Shown here in pieces: positions 1 to 11,253 of a stretch of DNA of 64,000 nt (positions within the stretch are counted from its first letter, which is position 1; each line of letters opens with the position of its first letter). The DNA is taken from positions 3,991,462-4,055,461 of the forward strand of contig NC_057755.1 in NCBI RefSeq assembly GCF_004010195.1. Direction: 5' to 3'. The DNA is from Chiloscyllium plagiosum (taxonomy: Eukaryota). Position numbers and translations under genes: made by a program. The notes beneath the pieces were generated by a model. The model was not told the DNA's origin and made no database searches. It saw nothing but the letters and a program-made list of their open reading frames with translations.

Positions 1-200
1 CAACCAAGGATTCCCCAGCACCGTTGTTGACAGGGTCCTCAACTGGGGTCGAAACATCTCCCGCCCTTCCGCCCTCACCCCCTCTCTTCCTGCCCACAGC
101 AGTGACAGGATTCCCCTTGTCCTTACGTACCATCTCACCAGCATTGCCATCCAGAAGATCATCAGCCCCCATTTCCGCCACCTCCAACCAGACACACACA
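1..200 (+). mobile_element. Penelope-like element fragment (region after the RT domain)
   Basis: Frame 2 reads NQGFPSTVVDRVLN...DRIPLVLTYHLTSIAIQKIISPHFRHLQPD, homologous to the PLVLTFHPTN...RHLQTD segment of the PLE at about 2280-2360. Confidence 0.75.
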
Positions 201-209
201 ACTCAATGT

Positions 210-1505
210 TGGACTGAAGGTATAGACCTGAATGTGCGTAGTATAATAAATAAGAACGATGAGCTGGTGACACAGATCAAAATTGGAAGGTATGATGTGG
301 TGGGCATAATTTAGACAGGACTACAAGTGGTTCAGGACTGGGAGCTAAATATCCAACGATATATGCCTGATCCTAAAGACAGGAGGTGGGCAGAGAGAGT
401 ATGGTTGCCTTGTGAGTAAACCAATGAAATTAAATCAATAGCAATAAACAAAGTCGGGTCAGATTATATAGAATCTGTGTGGGTAGTGCTCAGGATTGCA
501 AAGGTAAAATACCATAATGGGAGTTATCTACAGGCTTTGAAGTAGTTGTCAATATTTGGGACAGAAGCTACTTAAGGAGATAGAAGAGGCGTGTAAGAAA
601 AGTAAGGTTACATCGATCATGGGAAGGTTTCAATATGCAGGTGGATTGGGAAAATCAGGTTGGTAGTAGATTGCAAGAAAATGAATTCGTGGAATGTCTA
701 TAGGATGGCTTTTGGAGCAGCTTGTGGTGGAGCCCACTAGGGAACACGCAATACTGGATTTAGTGTTGTGCAATGAGGCAGACTTGATAAGGGAGCTTAA
801 GGTGAACGAACCCTTAGGAGGCAGCGATAATAACATGATTGTAGTCACTCTGCACATTGAGAGGTAGAAGATGGAAGCAGATATAACTGTACCATTGTTG
901 AATAAAGGCAACGACAGAGGCATGAGCTGACCAAAATTGACAGGGAGTGAAGCCGAACAGGAACGACAGTGGAACAGCAATGGCAGGGGTTTCTGGGAGA
1001 CACAGTTAAACTTTATCTCGAAGAAAAAGAAGCAGACCAAATGGACTATGAGTCAACCATGGTTTGCCAGCGAAGTCAGGGACAGCATAAAAGCAAAAGA
1101 GGAAGCATGTAGTGTGACGGAGGGCAGCGGGAAGTCAGAGAATTTGGAAGCTGACAAAGACCAACAGTTGATAACGAAGAAAGAAATAAAGAGCAAGAAG
1201 AGTAAATATGAAGCTAAGCTAGTCAGTAATGTTAGGGAACGTTGCAAAACTTTCTGTAGATATGTAAAGAACAAAGGAGAGGCAGAAGAAGACATTAGGC
1301 TGCTGGAAAATGATTCTGGAGAACTTGTAATTGGCAACAAAGAAATAGCTGAGGAAATGAATGAATACATTGCGTCAGTCTTCATGTGGAAGATAACACA
1401 TTATTCCTAAAGTTCAAGGGGGGACGGGGGACGGAAATGAGTACAGTAGCCATCATCAAGGAGAAGGTGCTAGAAAAACTGAAATGTCTGAAAGTGGACA
1501 AATCA
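210..1505 (+). mobile_element. Degenerate CR1-type LINE ORF2, 5' part (APE endonuclease to linker)
   Basis: LNVRSIINKNDEL...YDVVGII, ILDLVLCNE, PWF, EIAEEMNEYIASVF and LKVDKS motifs, with stops and frameshifts. Confidence 0.85.
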
Positions 1506-3058
1506 CGTGGAACAGTTGGCTACACGTCCATCCGCCATGACTAGGGCCTCCAAGCTTACCGCTTCTTCATCTCCCGACGTCCCCACCAGTACCCTTCCAC
1601 TGACACTCTTATTCGTTTGGCTGAACTGGCCCTTACCCTCAACAATTTCTCCTGAGAATCCTCCCACTTGCACCAGAAGAAAGAGTAGCCATGGGCACCC
1701 GCATGGACCCCAGCTAGGCCTGTCTTTTTGTCAGTTGCACCACAGAACACACCAGATGGCCTCCTTCTTAAAAGACCGTAATTTCCCTGAGAATCCTCCC
1801 ACTTGCACCAGAAGAAAGAGTAGCCATGGGCACCCGCATGGACCCCAGCTAGGCCTGTCTTTTTGTCAGTTGCGTGAAACAGTCCATCATCCATAGTCAC
1901 ACCGGCACCACACCCCACCTGTTCCTCTGCTACATGGATGACTGCATCGGTGCCACCTTGTGGTCCCATGAAGAGGTCGAACAGTTCATCAACTTCACCA
2001 GCGCATACCACCCCGAACTTAAATACACGTGGACGATCTCTGAAATCTCTCTCCCCTTCCTGAACCTTTCCGTCTCCATCAATGATGACCAACTCAACGC
2101 TGCCTCCGCCGCATCTGCTCCCAGGAGGACCAGTTCCACCACAGAACACACCAGATGGCCTCCTTCTTAAAAGACCGTAATTTCCCTTCCCCCGAATTGA
2201 AGATGCCCTCCAACGCATGTCATCCACATTCTGCATCTCCGCCCTCAAGCCCCACCCTCCAACCACAAAAAGGGCAGAACCCCCTTGTTCCTCACATTTC
2301 ACCCCACCAACCTCCGCATAAACCTTATCATCTGCAGACACATCCGTCACCTACAAACGGACACCACCACCAGGGATATATTTCACTCCCCACCCATTTA
2401 CACTTTCTGCAAAGACCGTTCCCTCTGTGACTACCTGGTCAGGTCCACACACCCCAACAATCTACCGTCCCCTCCTGGTACCTTCCCCTCCCACCACATG
2501 AATTGCAAAACCTGCATCCTCACTTTCCCCCTCACCTCCATCCAAGACTCCAAAGGAGCCTTCCACATCCATCAAAGTTTCACCTGTACATCCACCAATG
2601 TCATTTATTGTATCCATTGCTCCCAATGCAGTCTCCTTTACATTGTGGAAACCGGACGCCTTCTCGCAGATTGCTTTAGGGATCAACTCTGGGACACCGA
2701 TCAATCTCACTACCCTGTTGCCGAAAATTTCAACTCCGTCTCCCACTCTGCCAAGGACATGTAGGTCCTGGGCCTCCTCCATCGCCATTCCCTCACCATC
2801 CGAAGCCTGGAGGAAGAACGCCTTATATTCCACGTTGGAACCCTTCAATCCCATGGCATCAATGTGGACTTCACCAGTTTTGTCATTTTCCTCCCACCCA
2901 CCTTATCCCAGTTTCAACCTCCTAGCTCAGCACCATCCTCATGACCAGTCCAACTGGTCAATCGTCCTTCCCACCTATCTGCTCCACCTTCCTCTCCAAC
3001 CTATCACCTTCACCCCCACCTCCATCCCCCAATCGCACTCTCAGCTACTTTACCCCCA
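1506..3058 (+). mobile_element. Penelope-like element (RT and GIY-YIG endonuclease), degenerate
   Basis: YMDDCIG RT motif, EVEQFINF, and GIY-YIG region FTCTSTNVIYCIHCSQCSLLYIVETGR, followed by a C-rich 3' region. Confidence 0.9.
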
Positions 3059-3189
3059 GTGTTAAGTTTTTGTGGAGCTGCATCAGTCCAGGCACGTGAG
3101 GAGTATTCTATCACATCCTGTCAGACAGTCCTTGTCCCAGTGTTTATTACATTTAACTTTATCGGTCAGAATATGTCATTTTGTGACTG

Positions 3190-3455
3190 TAAACGGCATT
3201 GCTTAGGCTACTTTTGGAATATTACTTCCACTTCTGGTCTCCCTACTATAGGAAAGATGTTGCCCAACTTGAAAGCATGCAGAAGAGATTCACCTGGATG
3301 TTACCAGGGTTGGCAGGCTTGGGCTGTATGGAGAGACTGAATGGATCAGGACTATTTTCCCTGACGCATTGGAGGCTGAGAGGTGACCTTAACGAGATTT
3401 GTAAAGTCATGATGGGCATGGACAGCGTAAATATGCAAGGTCTCTTTCCCAGCGT
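3190..3455 (+). mobile_element. CR1 LINE 3' ORF2 fragment
   Basis: LEYYFHFWSPYYRKDVAQLESMQKRFT...RLRGDL motif. Confidence 0.85.
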
Positions 3456-3920
3456 AGTCGATGACAGCGTCACTGACTAGACCAGCGTTTATTGTCCATC
3501 CCTAAATCAACCACATTTCCGTGGATCTGGAATATTATTGTAGACATGATCAGGTAAAGATGTCTGTTTCCTTCCCTAAAGGGCATTAGTGAACCCGATG
3601 GGTTTTCCCAACAAATAATAACAGATTCAGGGTCCATACTTTCATTGAATTCATATTCCACAATTTACCGTTGCCAGATTCAAACGCAGGTCCCCAGAAC
3701 CTTTCATGGTCTCTGGATTAACTGTCCAGAAAAAACACCAGTTGGGCATCACCTCCCCTTAAGACCTATGTCATTGTTGGTGAATACTGGTCACTGTAAT
3801 TTCTTTGTCAGAATTAAAAACAGTGAAACGTACAGATGAGAGCAGACGCAACAAAACAAACAAAAAATGTGGTGAAATCAAGACTTTAGGATGTAAAGTT
3901 GTTCAGCACCATATTCAACT

Positions 3921-4148
3921 AGGAGAAAGTGAGGACTGCAGATGCTGGAGATCAGAGCTGAAAAATGTGTTGCTGGAAAAGCGCAGCAGGTCAGGCAGCA
4001 TCAAAGGAGCAGGAGAATTGGCGTTTCGGGCATACGCCCTTCTTCAGGAATCAGGGGCTGAAGAAGGACTTACGCCCGAATCGTCGATTCTCCTGCTCCT
4101 TTGATGCTGCCTGACCTGCTGCGCTTTTCCAGCCACACATTCTTCAGC
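3921..4148. mobile_element. Short fold-back Penelope terminal (pseudo-LTR) insertion
   Basis: Imperfect inverted arms of PLE terminal sequence, flanked by a 15-bp direct repeat tcagcaccatattca (3903-3917 and 4149-4163). Confidence 0.85.
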
Positions 4149-4399
4149 TCAGCACCATATTCACTCCAGCTGTCATGCCAGAATATTAATTTGTCATGCT
4201 GAACTGAATGAATGCTTTCTTTAAACTTGTTTCTTCAACTTCTAGACCAACAAAATGGCTGTCTTCATTGTTCACCTAATGGACATATTTAAATCTTCAG
4301 GTGAAACTTTACTATTTCATTACTGAAAAGTATGGCCCAAATGGGATTAAAGGCCTACATCGACTCCAATGTCTTGTGTTTTTTATGGATTAAAGAGGG

Positions 4400-5010
4400 G
4401 CATTATGAGAGAAACACGGCATCAGACAGAATTCAGTACCTTCATTAATTGATTGATGGTCTAATCTAACTACTGCATCGACATCCCGAGTATTCAGAGC
4501 ATCCTTTACAGTGACCTCGGACCCAATTAATTCTAATCCATAGTGGGCAAGGAAAACCACATGCCAAAGGCGAGTAGAACAGTCCTGACACTTATAGCTT
4601 TGAAATTTAAGTGCCAAATACCACCAGGTAATGGGATGAGCCACATTACAGAGCTGATATTCTAGCACTCCATTGTTTTGACATTCATTGCTGAATAGTG
4701 ACAATCAAATGCAGGATATTTCTCAAACACTGAAAGGGCCAGATGAATGTGATTAGTTGAGGGTTGGAACAATTTACTGTTACAGAATTCCGAGTTTCAT
4801 TTCCCCCGGAGCAATCACATCAAAACGCAGAAAAAACGTATTCATACAGGGCATGAGTGATGCTCATTACAGAATTCTCGCAAATTGCCTGCTTTCTGTC
4901 GTTATCTCAGTGTTATAGTTGCCCCAAATATATGCTGTGGGGTAACATTCAGGAATTAATGGTTATAGATGTTCCAAGTTTGTCCTGGAGGGAAGTCTGA
5001 ATGAAGTAAT
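4400..5010 (-). pseudogene. Possible decayed NLR fragment (NACHT helical domain 2 to first LRR)
   Basis: With frameshifts, the minus strand reads GNLREFCNEHHS..YE.FFLRF, then MEC*NISSVM...IWHLNF and N*LGPRSL*RML*IL. This resembles elasmobranch NLRP3-like HD2 (GDI.KFL.EAH...FEVFLRF) and an LRR start. Comparison is from memory. Confidence 0.33.
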
Positions 5011-5182
5011 TATTTAATTTTAAAATGATGGATTAATGTCTCTGACTCTGTGTTTAAAGTGGTGCAATGCACACTCCGCTGGCTTCCCCGCGCCACTGCA
5101 CAAGCAGCAGATTTTTGTTTTGGGACAATTTGCTCCTGTCCCTGTTCATTCTGTTATTTCTGACAGTCTCAAAATAACCTGA

Positions 5183-5320
5183 GTGACGCAAAGGCGCACG
5201 GTGTTACGCGGCAACGTCACCCCAAGATGGCCACTCGCATACGGAAGGACGGACAAGGAGGAGGTTAGAAGTTACCAGTGCCAGGGCCATGAGCGAAAGC
5301 AGAACTACCCCCTCTAGCGG
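5183..5320. promoter_or_regulatory. CpG-rich, promoter-like motif cluster
   Basis: TGACG (5184) and CGTCA (5215) CRE half-sites, AAGATGGCC YY1-like site (5224), CGGAAG ETS site (5242) and a CTCF-like CCGCTAGAGGGGG on the minus strand (5308-5320), in an otherwise CpG-poor window. Confidence 0.35.
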
Positions 5321-5409
5321 CAAGGCGAAGTAATCGGCAGCCGCTGTCTGAATGAATGCAAACTGAAAGAAATGAGTCTGCTTTAAATCAGAAACACAAG
5401 CTTAAAGAG

Positions 5410-6135
5410 CTTACTACATCTGGCAGAGAAATCAAAGTCACCACTTCGGGTCTAGTAAATCTCCTCTAGAGCTGAAAGTAGCACGGAAAATGTTGGTTTA
5501 TATGCAGAAGATCGGTGAGAGATAAGGAGTAAATGGTAGGAATGGAGCCCAAAGAGAGAAAAGGAATGGATAGTGATCTAGATGGGAGGATGAATACCTG
5601 TTAATGCAGACTGTTAGTAACTAATAATAGGTAGTGAGTAATAGCAGACTATGTGATGACAAAAACTGGTGTGTGGAGTAGGAGGCTAGGAGAGCGCAGA
5701 CCCTAAAATTATGCAGGCTCCCCAAACAGAAAATGAGATGTTGTTCTTCCAGCTTGCTGGAACACTGCAGGAACCCTGAGAAAGAGATGTTGGCCAGGAA
5801 ACAGGGTGGTGTGGTATAGTGGCGTGCAGCTGGAAACACTGGGTCTTTGAAGCAGTCACCCAGAATGCACTTAATTTCCCAACAGAAGTTTGTGATCAAC
5901 AAGTGCAGTAGACTAGACAGTGCAAGTTTAGTGCTGCTTCACCTGGAAGTTATGTTCGGGCTCTTGGATCTTGAGGAAAGAGGAAGTAAATGGGCAGGTG
6001 TCACACCTACCATGGTTACAGGGGAAGCTGCCTTGGGCTGTAGGGGTGTGTGATTTGTTGTGAGTGATGGAAGAGTGGACCAGGATGTCCTGGAGGAAAC
6101 AGTCACTGCAAGCGGTGGACAAGGGAAAGGAGGAG
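5410..6135 (-). mobile_element. Old Penelope-like element, 3' part
   Basis: GSFPCNHGRCDTCPFTSS...NFQVKQH (PLE Cys motif upstream of GIY-YIG) and LEEQHLIFCLGSL. Confidence 0.75.
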
Positions 6136-6419
6136 AATTTAAGTATACACAGTTCTTTCAGGGACAGATAGAGTTGGGGGTTCAACCCCATTTCAGTGGA
6201 TACAGTCCTCAAAACAATGGAGGGCCCATGGCATAGAGATACGGCACAGGCAGACACACAAACACAGAAAAACAGTGAAGGCACACATCCGAAATGCAGA
6301 TATTCAGGAAGACATAGATAGATACACACAGATATAGAGCCACAGGCACAGAGACAGACACATATAGGTACAGGCAAAAATACAGACAGACAGACATACA
6401 CACATGTGTCGAGATAAAC

Positions 6420-7826
6420 AGAAACATTTTCTACCTCTATCTCTTTCATACTCAGTCTCTGTATCTGGATTTCTCTTTCATACAGTTTCGCTATACCTCT
6501 CCCATGCACAATGTCACTTGCTCTCTCATATCAACTCTCCCTATTGCCCTCTCATACTCACTCTCGCTCTCTCTCCCGTATTTACTCTCTCTCGTAGTCA
6601 CTGTTGCTATCTCGTTCACATGCACAATCTCAATAACTCACTTTCTCATGTGCAATCTCACTACCTCTCTCGTACACAATTCCTCCACCTCTCCCATACA
6701 AAGTCCCTCTGCCTCTCTCATATACAATCTCTCAAACACTCTCACAACAATCCCTCTAACCTCTCTCATACACAATCCCCAATGTCTCATACACAATCTC
6801 ACTACCTCATACACAATCCCGCTATCAGTCTCATCCACAATCCACTCTGTCTCTNNNNNNNNNNNNNNNNNNNNNNNNNNNNNNNNNNNNNNNNNNNNNN
6901 NNNNNNNNNNNNNNNNNNNNNNNNNNNNNNNNNNNNNNNNNNNNNNNNNNNNNNNNNNNNNNNNNNNNNNNNNNNNNNNNNNNNNNNNNNNNNNNNNNNN
7001 NNNNNNNNNNNNNNNNNNNNNNNNNNNNNNNNNNNNNNNNNNNNNNNNNNNNNNNNNNNNNNNNNNNNNNNNNNNNNNNNNNNNNNNNNNNNNNNNNNNN
7101 NNNNNNNNNNNNNNNNNNNNNNNNNNNNNNNNNNNNNNNNNNNNNNNNNNNNNNNNNNNNNNNNNNNNNNNNNNNNNNNNNNNNNNNNNNNNNNNNNNNN
7201 NNNNNNNNNNNNNNNNNNNNNNNNNNNNNNNNNNNNNNNNNNNNNNNNNNNNNNNNNNNNNNNNNNNNNNNNNNNNNNNNNNNNNNNNNNNNNNNNNNNN
7301 NNNNNNNNNNNNNNNNNNNNNNNNNNNNNNNNNNNNNNNNNNNNNNNNNNNNNNNNNNNNNNNNNNNNNNNNNNNNNNNNNNNNNNNNNNNNNNNNNNNN
7401 NNNNNNNNNNNNNNNNNNNNNNNNNNNNNNNNNNNNNNNNNNNNNNNNNNNNNNNNNNNNNNNNNNNNNNNNNNNNNNNNNNNNNNNNNNNNNNNNNNNN
7501 NNNNNNNNNNNNNNNNNNNNNNNNNNNNNNNNNNNNNNNNNNNNNNNNNNNNNNNNNNNNNNNNNNNNNNNNNNNNNNNNNNNNNNNNNNNNNNNNNNNN
7601 NNNNNNNNNNNNNNNNNNNNNNNNNNNNNNNNNNNNNNNNNNNNNNNNNNNNNNNNNNNNNNNNNNNNNNNNNNNNNNNNNNNNNNNNNNNCTCTCTCTC
7701 ATATGCAATCCCACTGCCCCTTTCATGCACAATCCCATTATCTCACTCATACACAATCTCACAATCTCTCTCATACACAATTTCATTCTCTCATACACAA
7801 ATCACTCTCATAAACAGTCCCACTAT
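6420..7826. repeat. Minisatellite of about 24 bp (ctctctcatacacaatcccacta-like), interrupted by a gap
   Basis: Repeated ctctcatacacaat units on both sides of the N gap at 6855-7691. Confidence 0.85.
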
Positions 7827-8329
7827 NNNNNNNNNNNNNNNNNNNNNNNNNNNNNNNNNNNNNNNNNNNNNNNNNNNNNNNNNNNNNNNNNNNNNNNNNN
7901 NNNNNNNNNNNNNNNNNNNNNNNNNNNNNNNNNNNNNNNNNNNNNNNNNNNNNNNNNNNNNNNNNNNNNNNNNNNNNNNNNNNNNNNNNNNNNNNNNNNN
8001 NNNNNNNNNNNNNNNNNNNNNNNNNNNNNNNNNNNNNNNNNNNNNNNNNNNNNNNNNNNNNNNNNNNNNNNNNNNNNNNNNNNNNNNNNNNNNNNNNNNN
8101 NNNNNNNNNNNNNNNNNNNNNNNNNNNNNNNNNNNNNNNNNNNNNNNNNNNNNNNNNNNNNNNNNNNNNNNNNNNNNNNNNNNNNNNNNNNNNNNNNNNN
8201 NNNNNNNNNNNNNNNNNNNNNNNNNNNNNNNNNNNNNNNNNNNNNNNNNNNNNNNNNNNNNNNNNNNNNNNNNNNNNNNNNNNNNNNNNNNNNNNNNNNN
8301 NNNNNNNNNNNNNNNNNNNNNNNNNNAGG

Positions 8330-11253
8330 AGACCAACTCGAATGAATGGTCCTGAATCACATCAACAGGTTACAGAGATTCGCGAGACTTCATCGTTCAC
8401 AGTTCGCTGACTGCTAATTACAGAAAAATGGGCAGGCATAGGGTAACCTACCCAATATTAGCTCCAGTCACGGAGCATCTGGACTGAGTCAGGTAAAAGC
8501 TGATAAGCAGGTGTTAGTATACAATAGCTTCATGGAAAGAGAAGCTGCCTAGATACCTGATCTATTTATCAGGTATCTAGGCAGCTGCAATGCCAACCGT
8601 TTCCCAAGCAGACTGGGATAAATAAGCTTTGTTCAGGGCAGGCACTGAATATGAGACAAAATGGTTTCCACACATTTAGTATGTGACAAAATGGCTTCCA
8701 CAATCTTCCACAATATCTTAAATCGGCAGACACATTTGTTTCTCAATTTCTCTCATACTATGAGTGACCTATAGTATAATCGTGTCAAAGTGATATTTTC
8801 TTTCTTATTTGTAATTTTTACCCACGTATTTTCACTTGATGATTTTTCAGAAATATCTTCCCTTGTTGTGGCAGTAATGTATACCTGAATTAAAAATGCC
8901 ATACCTCCAAACCCTCCTTTCTTGCTCCCTTTTCTATCCTTCCCATTGAATCAAAAACCAGGAACATTAAGTTGCCAGTCTTGTGAAGTTCAACTTTGCA
9001 TTTGCTGCCGTACAATTCAGTTCTTGCTTGTGATTAATGAATTTCCTGAAATTCGTAATGTTCTTATGTTGTGGTGCAATGTCTGTGCGTCAGGAATGCT
9101 CTACATGCCTGTTAAACTAACTTTGCACTTTCAGGTGATCATTATGTCTTTGGTTTCCCCCAAAACCCCATGATATTGAGGCTCTAATGTCCTCTCTGGC
9201 CAAGCACCCTTCCCATGCGAAGGCCAGAGTCAACATGACTCGCCTTGAATCTCCTTTTTTGACCACACAGTCCCCTTTGGTAACCTACTAGTATCAACTC
9301 TTCGATCTGCAATGACTTGCGTTCACCATTCCTTCACTGACCTTCCAACGTTTTTCTCCTTTGTAAGGAACCCACACTTGGTAAAATTCGAATTGAAAGA
9401 TGCTCCCTGGATCACATCACATCATCAAGGAGTTTGGGCCTTCAGGGGAATGGCCCAAATGCAATACAGTTCAACAGGGAAATAAATTCCAGTTACAAAT
9501 CTTGCAATTCAGGTCACGGGTAATGTCCTGTTAGTGCTCTACCCTTACTAAAAGTGCTGCATTTACAGATACCCACGGAAAAGCAGAATTACCGGGTCAG
9601 AAGTTCCCATTGGAGAGTTTACCCGCACTCAGTACAATTCGAAAATGGCACATCCTCCCTGCAACTTGAGGCCACAGCAATCAGAGAGTCCAGCCTGAGG
9701 TTCATCATCCCCATTCAGTGCAATCCCATGATCAGTAATACCTTCACTCAGACTGATTCCTGGAGATCTTGATCAACACTGCACATCATTCCAGTCAATC
9801 ACTGGATAATGCAGAGAGCCTGTGAGCTATAGAGAGAAAAAATATTGTCCATCAAAGAATTACACTACAGGATTCGCTTGGAAATGATAACTGTGGGCAT
9901 CTAGCGCAGTGCCCAGTCATTCAAATGTTAAATGTACAGCACAACACTGCAGCAGCATTTAAACAACACTTATCGTCAGTGTGTAGGATCCTCTGGAGAA
10001 GTGAAGACTGAACTTCAAGAAATGAATTTAAAAACACCAAGAAAGCCCATCACAGTGAGATGATGTCTCAGAACATTCAGACGTCTTCATTGTACTAACT
10101 TCTGGCATTATGACATATTCTGACACAGTCTTATCAGCTGCTAAATGAGATTTATTTGATATCTGGCCTCCAAACAGTTGAACAAATTTTCCCACAAGTG
10201 TACTATTTTGGAATTGATGCTGCAGCCCTGACATTTACAATGTATTGCGGGAATGTTCAGGTCAGTGTTATCGTTAGTGAAAACATGGATAAACTTCCAG
10301 GTACTCACTGGCAACAACTGGTCCCTTCAATACTACCTCACTCCCACCACCAACACACTTTCCATCCCTCGATAACGACAAAACAGTCTGGGGTTACTCA
10401 GAATCCAGCTATCACCTCCAATAAACCACATAACCATGATACAGTGATTCGGTCAACATGAGAAAAAAAAATCATCCAAAGAGAATAAGCTGCACTTCTG
10501 CCCTGTATGTGGTCAGTTCCCTGAATGACCATCCTCAACCAGCACAGGGTATGTTCATGAACACATTTCCACAAAGTTAACACAGGCCAGCAGGCATTCC
10601 TACTCACCTCCACTTTCCAATCATCCAGAGTGCAACGAAAATGTGACAACTATTCTAAGAGGCATATTTGTTCAAATTGACCAGTAAGACCTTGATAATC
10701 ATAAATCTATCTTCGACTGGTCATATAACTGTTGGAATGTATATATCTTTAACTATCTGTGTGGTGTCAATCACAATCACTGTTTGAACAGACATCCCGT
10801 GAGACAATGGGTACAATGAAATCCCACACCATGAGGCAAAGATCATCATGTAAATCAGGATCGACAGGTGATTCATATTTTTTGAGCAGTGTGCTGATGT
10901 TGGATTGTGCTATGAATCAACCGATGACCCTGATATAGTGTCCAACTCACCGAATCCCTCTGAGCTGAACATCAGGAGAAATGGAGGGCACAACAGCACC
11001 ACTGACTTTGAGTTCAACGGCTATATGTTCTTGATCCTGTTTAGTGCCTTAGAGTTGAAGAAAAATATCCAATATCCTAAATCTCATCTCAGTCGGCCCA
11101 AACCAACTTGTCTTTCATCAGCAGAAAATCCTGTTGTACCGCCCAACCTCCACCTTTCTGAGCCTCTGAATCAGGGACAAGAACAGAGAGTTCACAAAGG
11201 TGATGGTTTTCTGCAGTCCATGGTATAACACCATAGCCCCACAGTAAATGGGT
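8330..11253 (-). pseudogene. Heavily decayed NACHT-LRR (NLR) gene: N-terminal exon (11253-10951) plus large NACHT exon (9826 to gap)
   Basis: The 303-nt segment lies between ttttcag| and |gtgagt. A polypyrimidine acceptor precedes 9826. The motif remnants run in the expected order: NDVQ, AALLV/KGRALTGH (Walker A-like), LNCI..P..LLD, DPGSIF, LNIMGFWG (EILGF-like), INHKQE, AFLIQVYITA (FxHLTIQEF-like), SFYLTQSRCSV (LTPIDCAV-like). Many stops and frameshifts; family match is from memory. Confidence 0.5.
8543..8586. repeat. Perfect 19-bp inverted repeat with 6-nt loop
   Basis: agctgcctagatacctgat-ctattt-atcaggtatctaggcagct. Confidence 0.95.

Noticed and set aside
6404..8360. Long ORFs of 189-613 aa
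   Set aside because: Artefacts of N gaps and minisatellite sequence.
9170..11253. Alternative readings as butyrophilin IgV/B30.2 or a GASK1/FAM198-like kinase
   Set aside because: Each rests on one or two short motifs (AVELKVSG; RLDS..CCG). The NLR reading explains more motifs in collinear order, though it still needs alignment.
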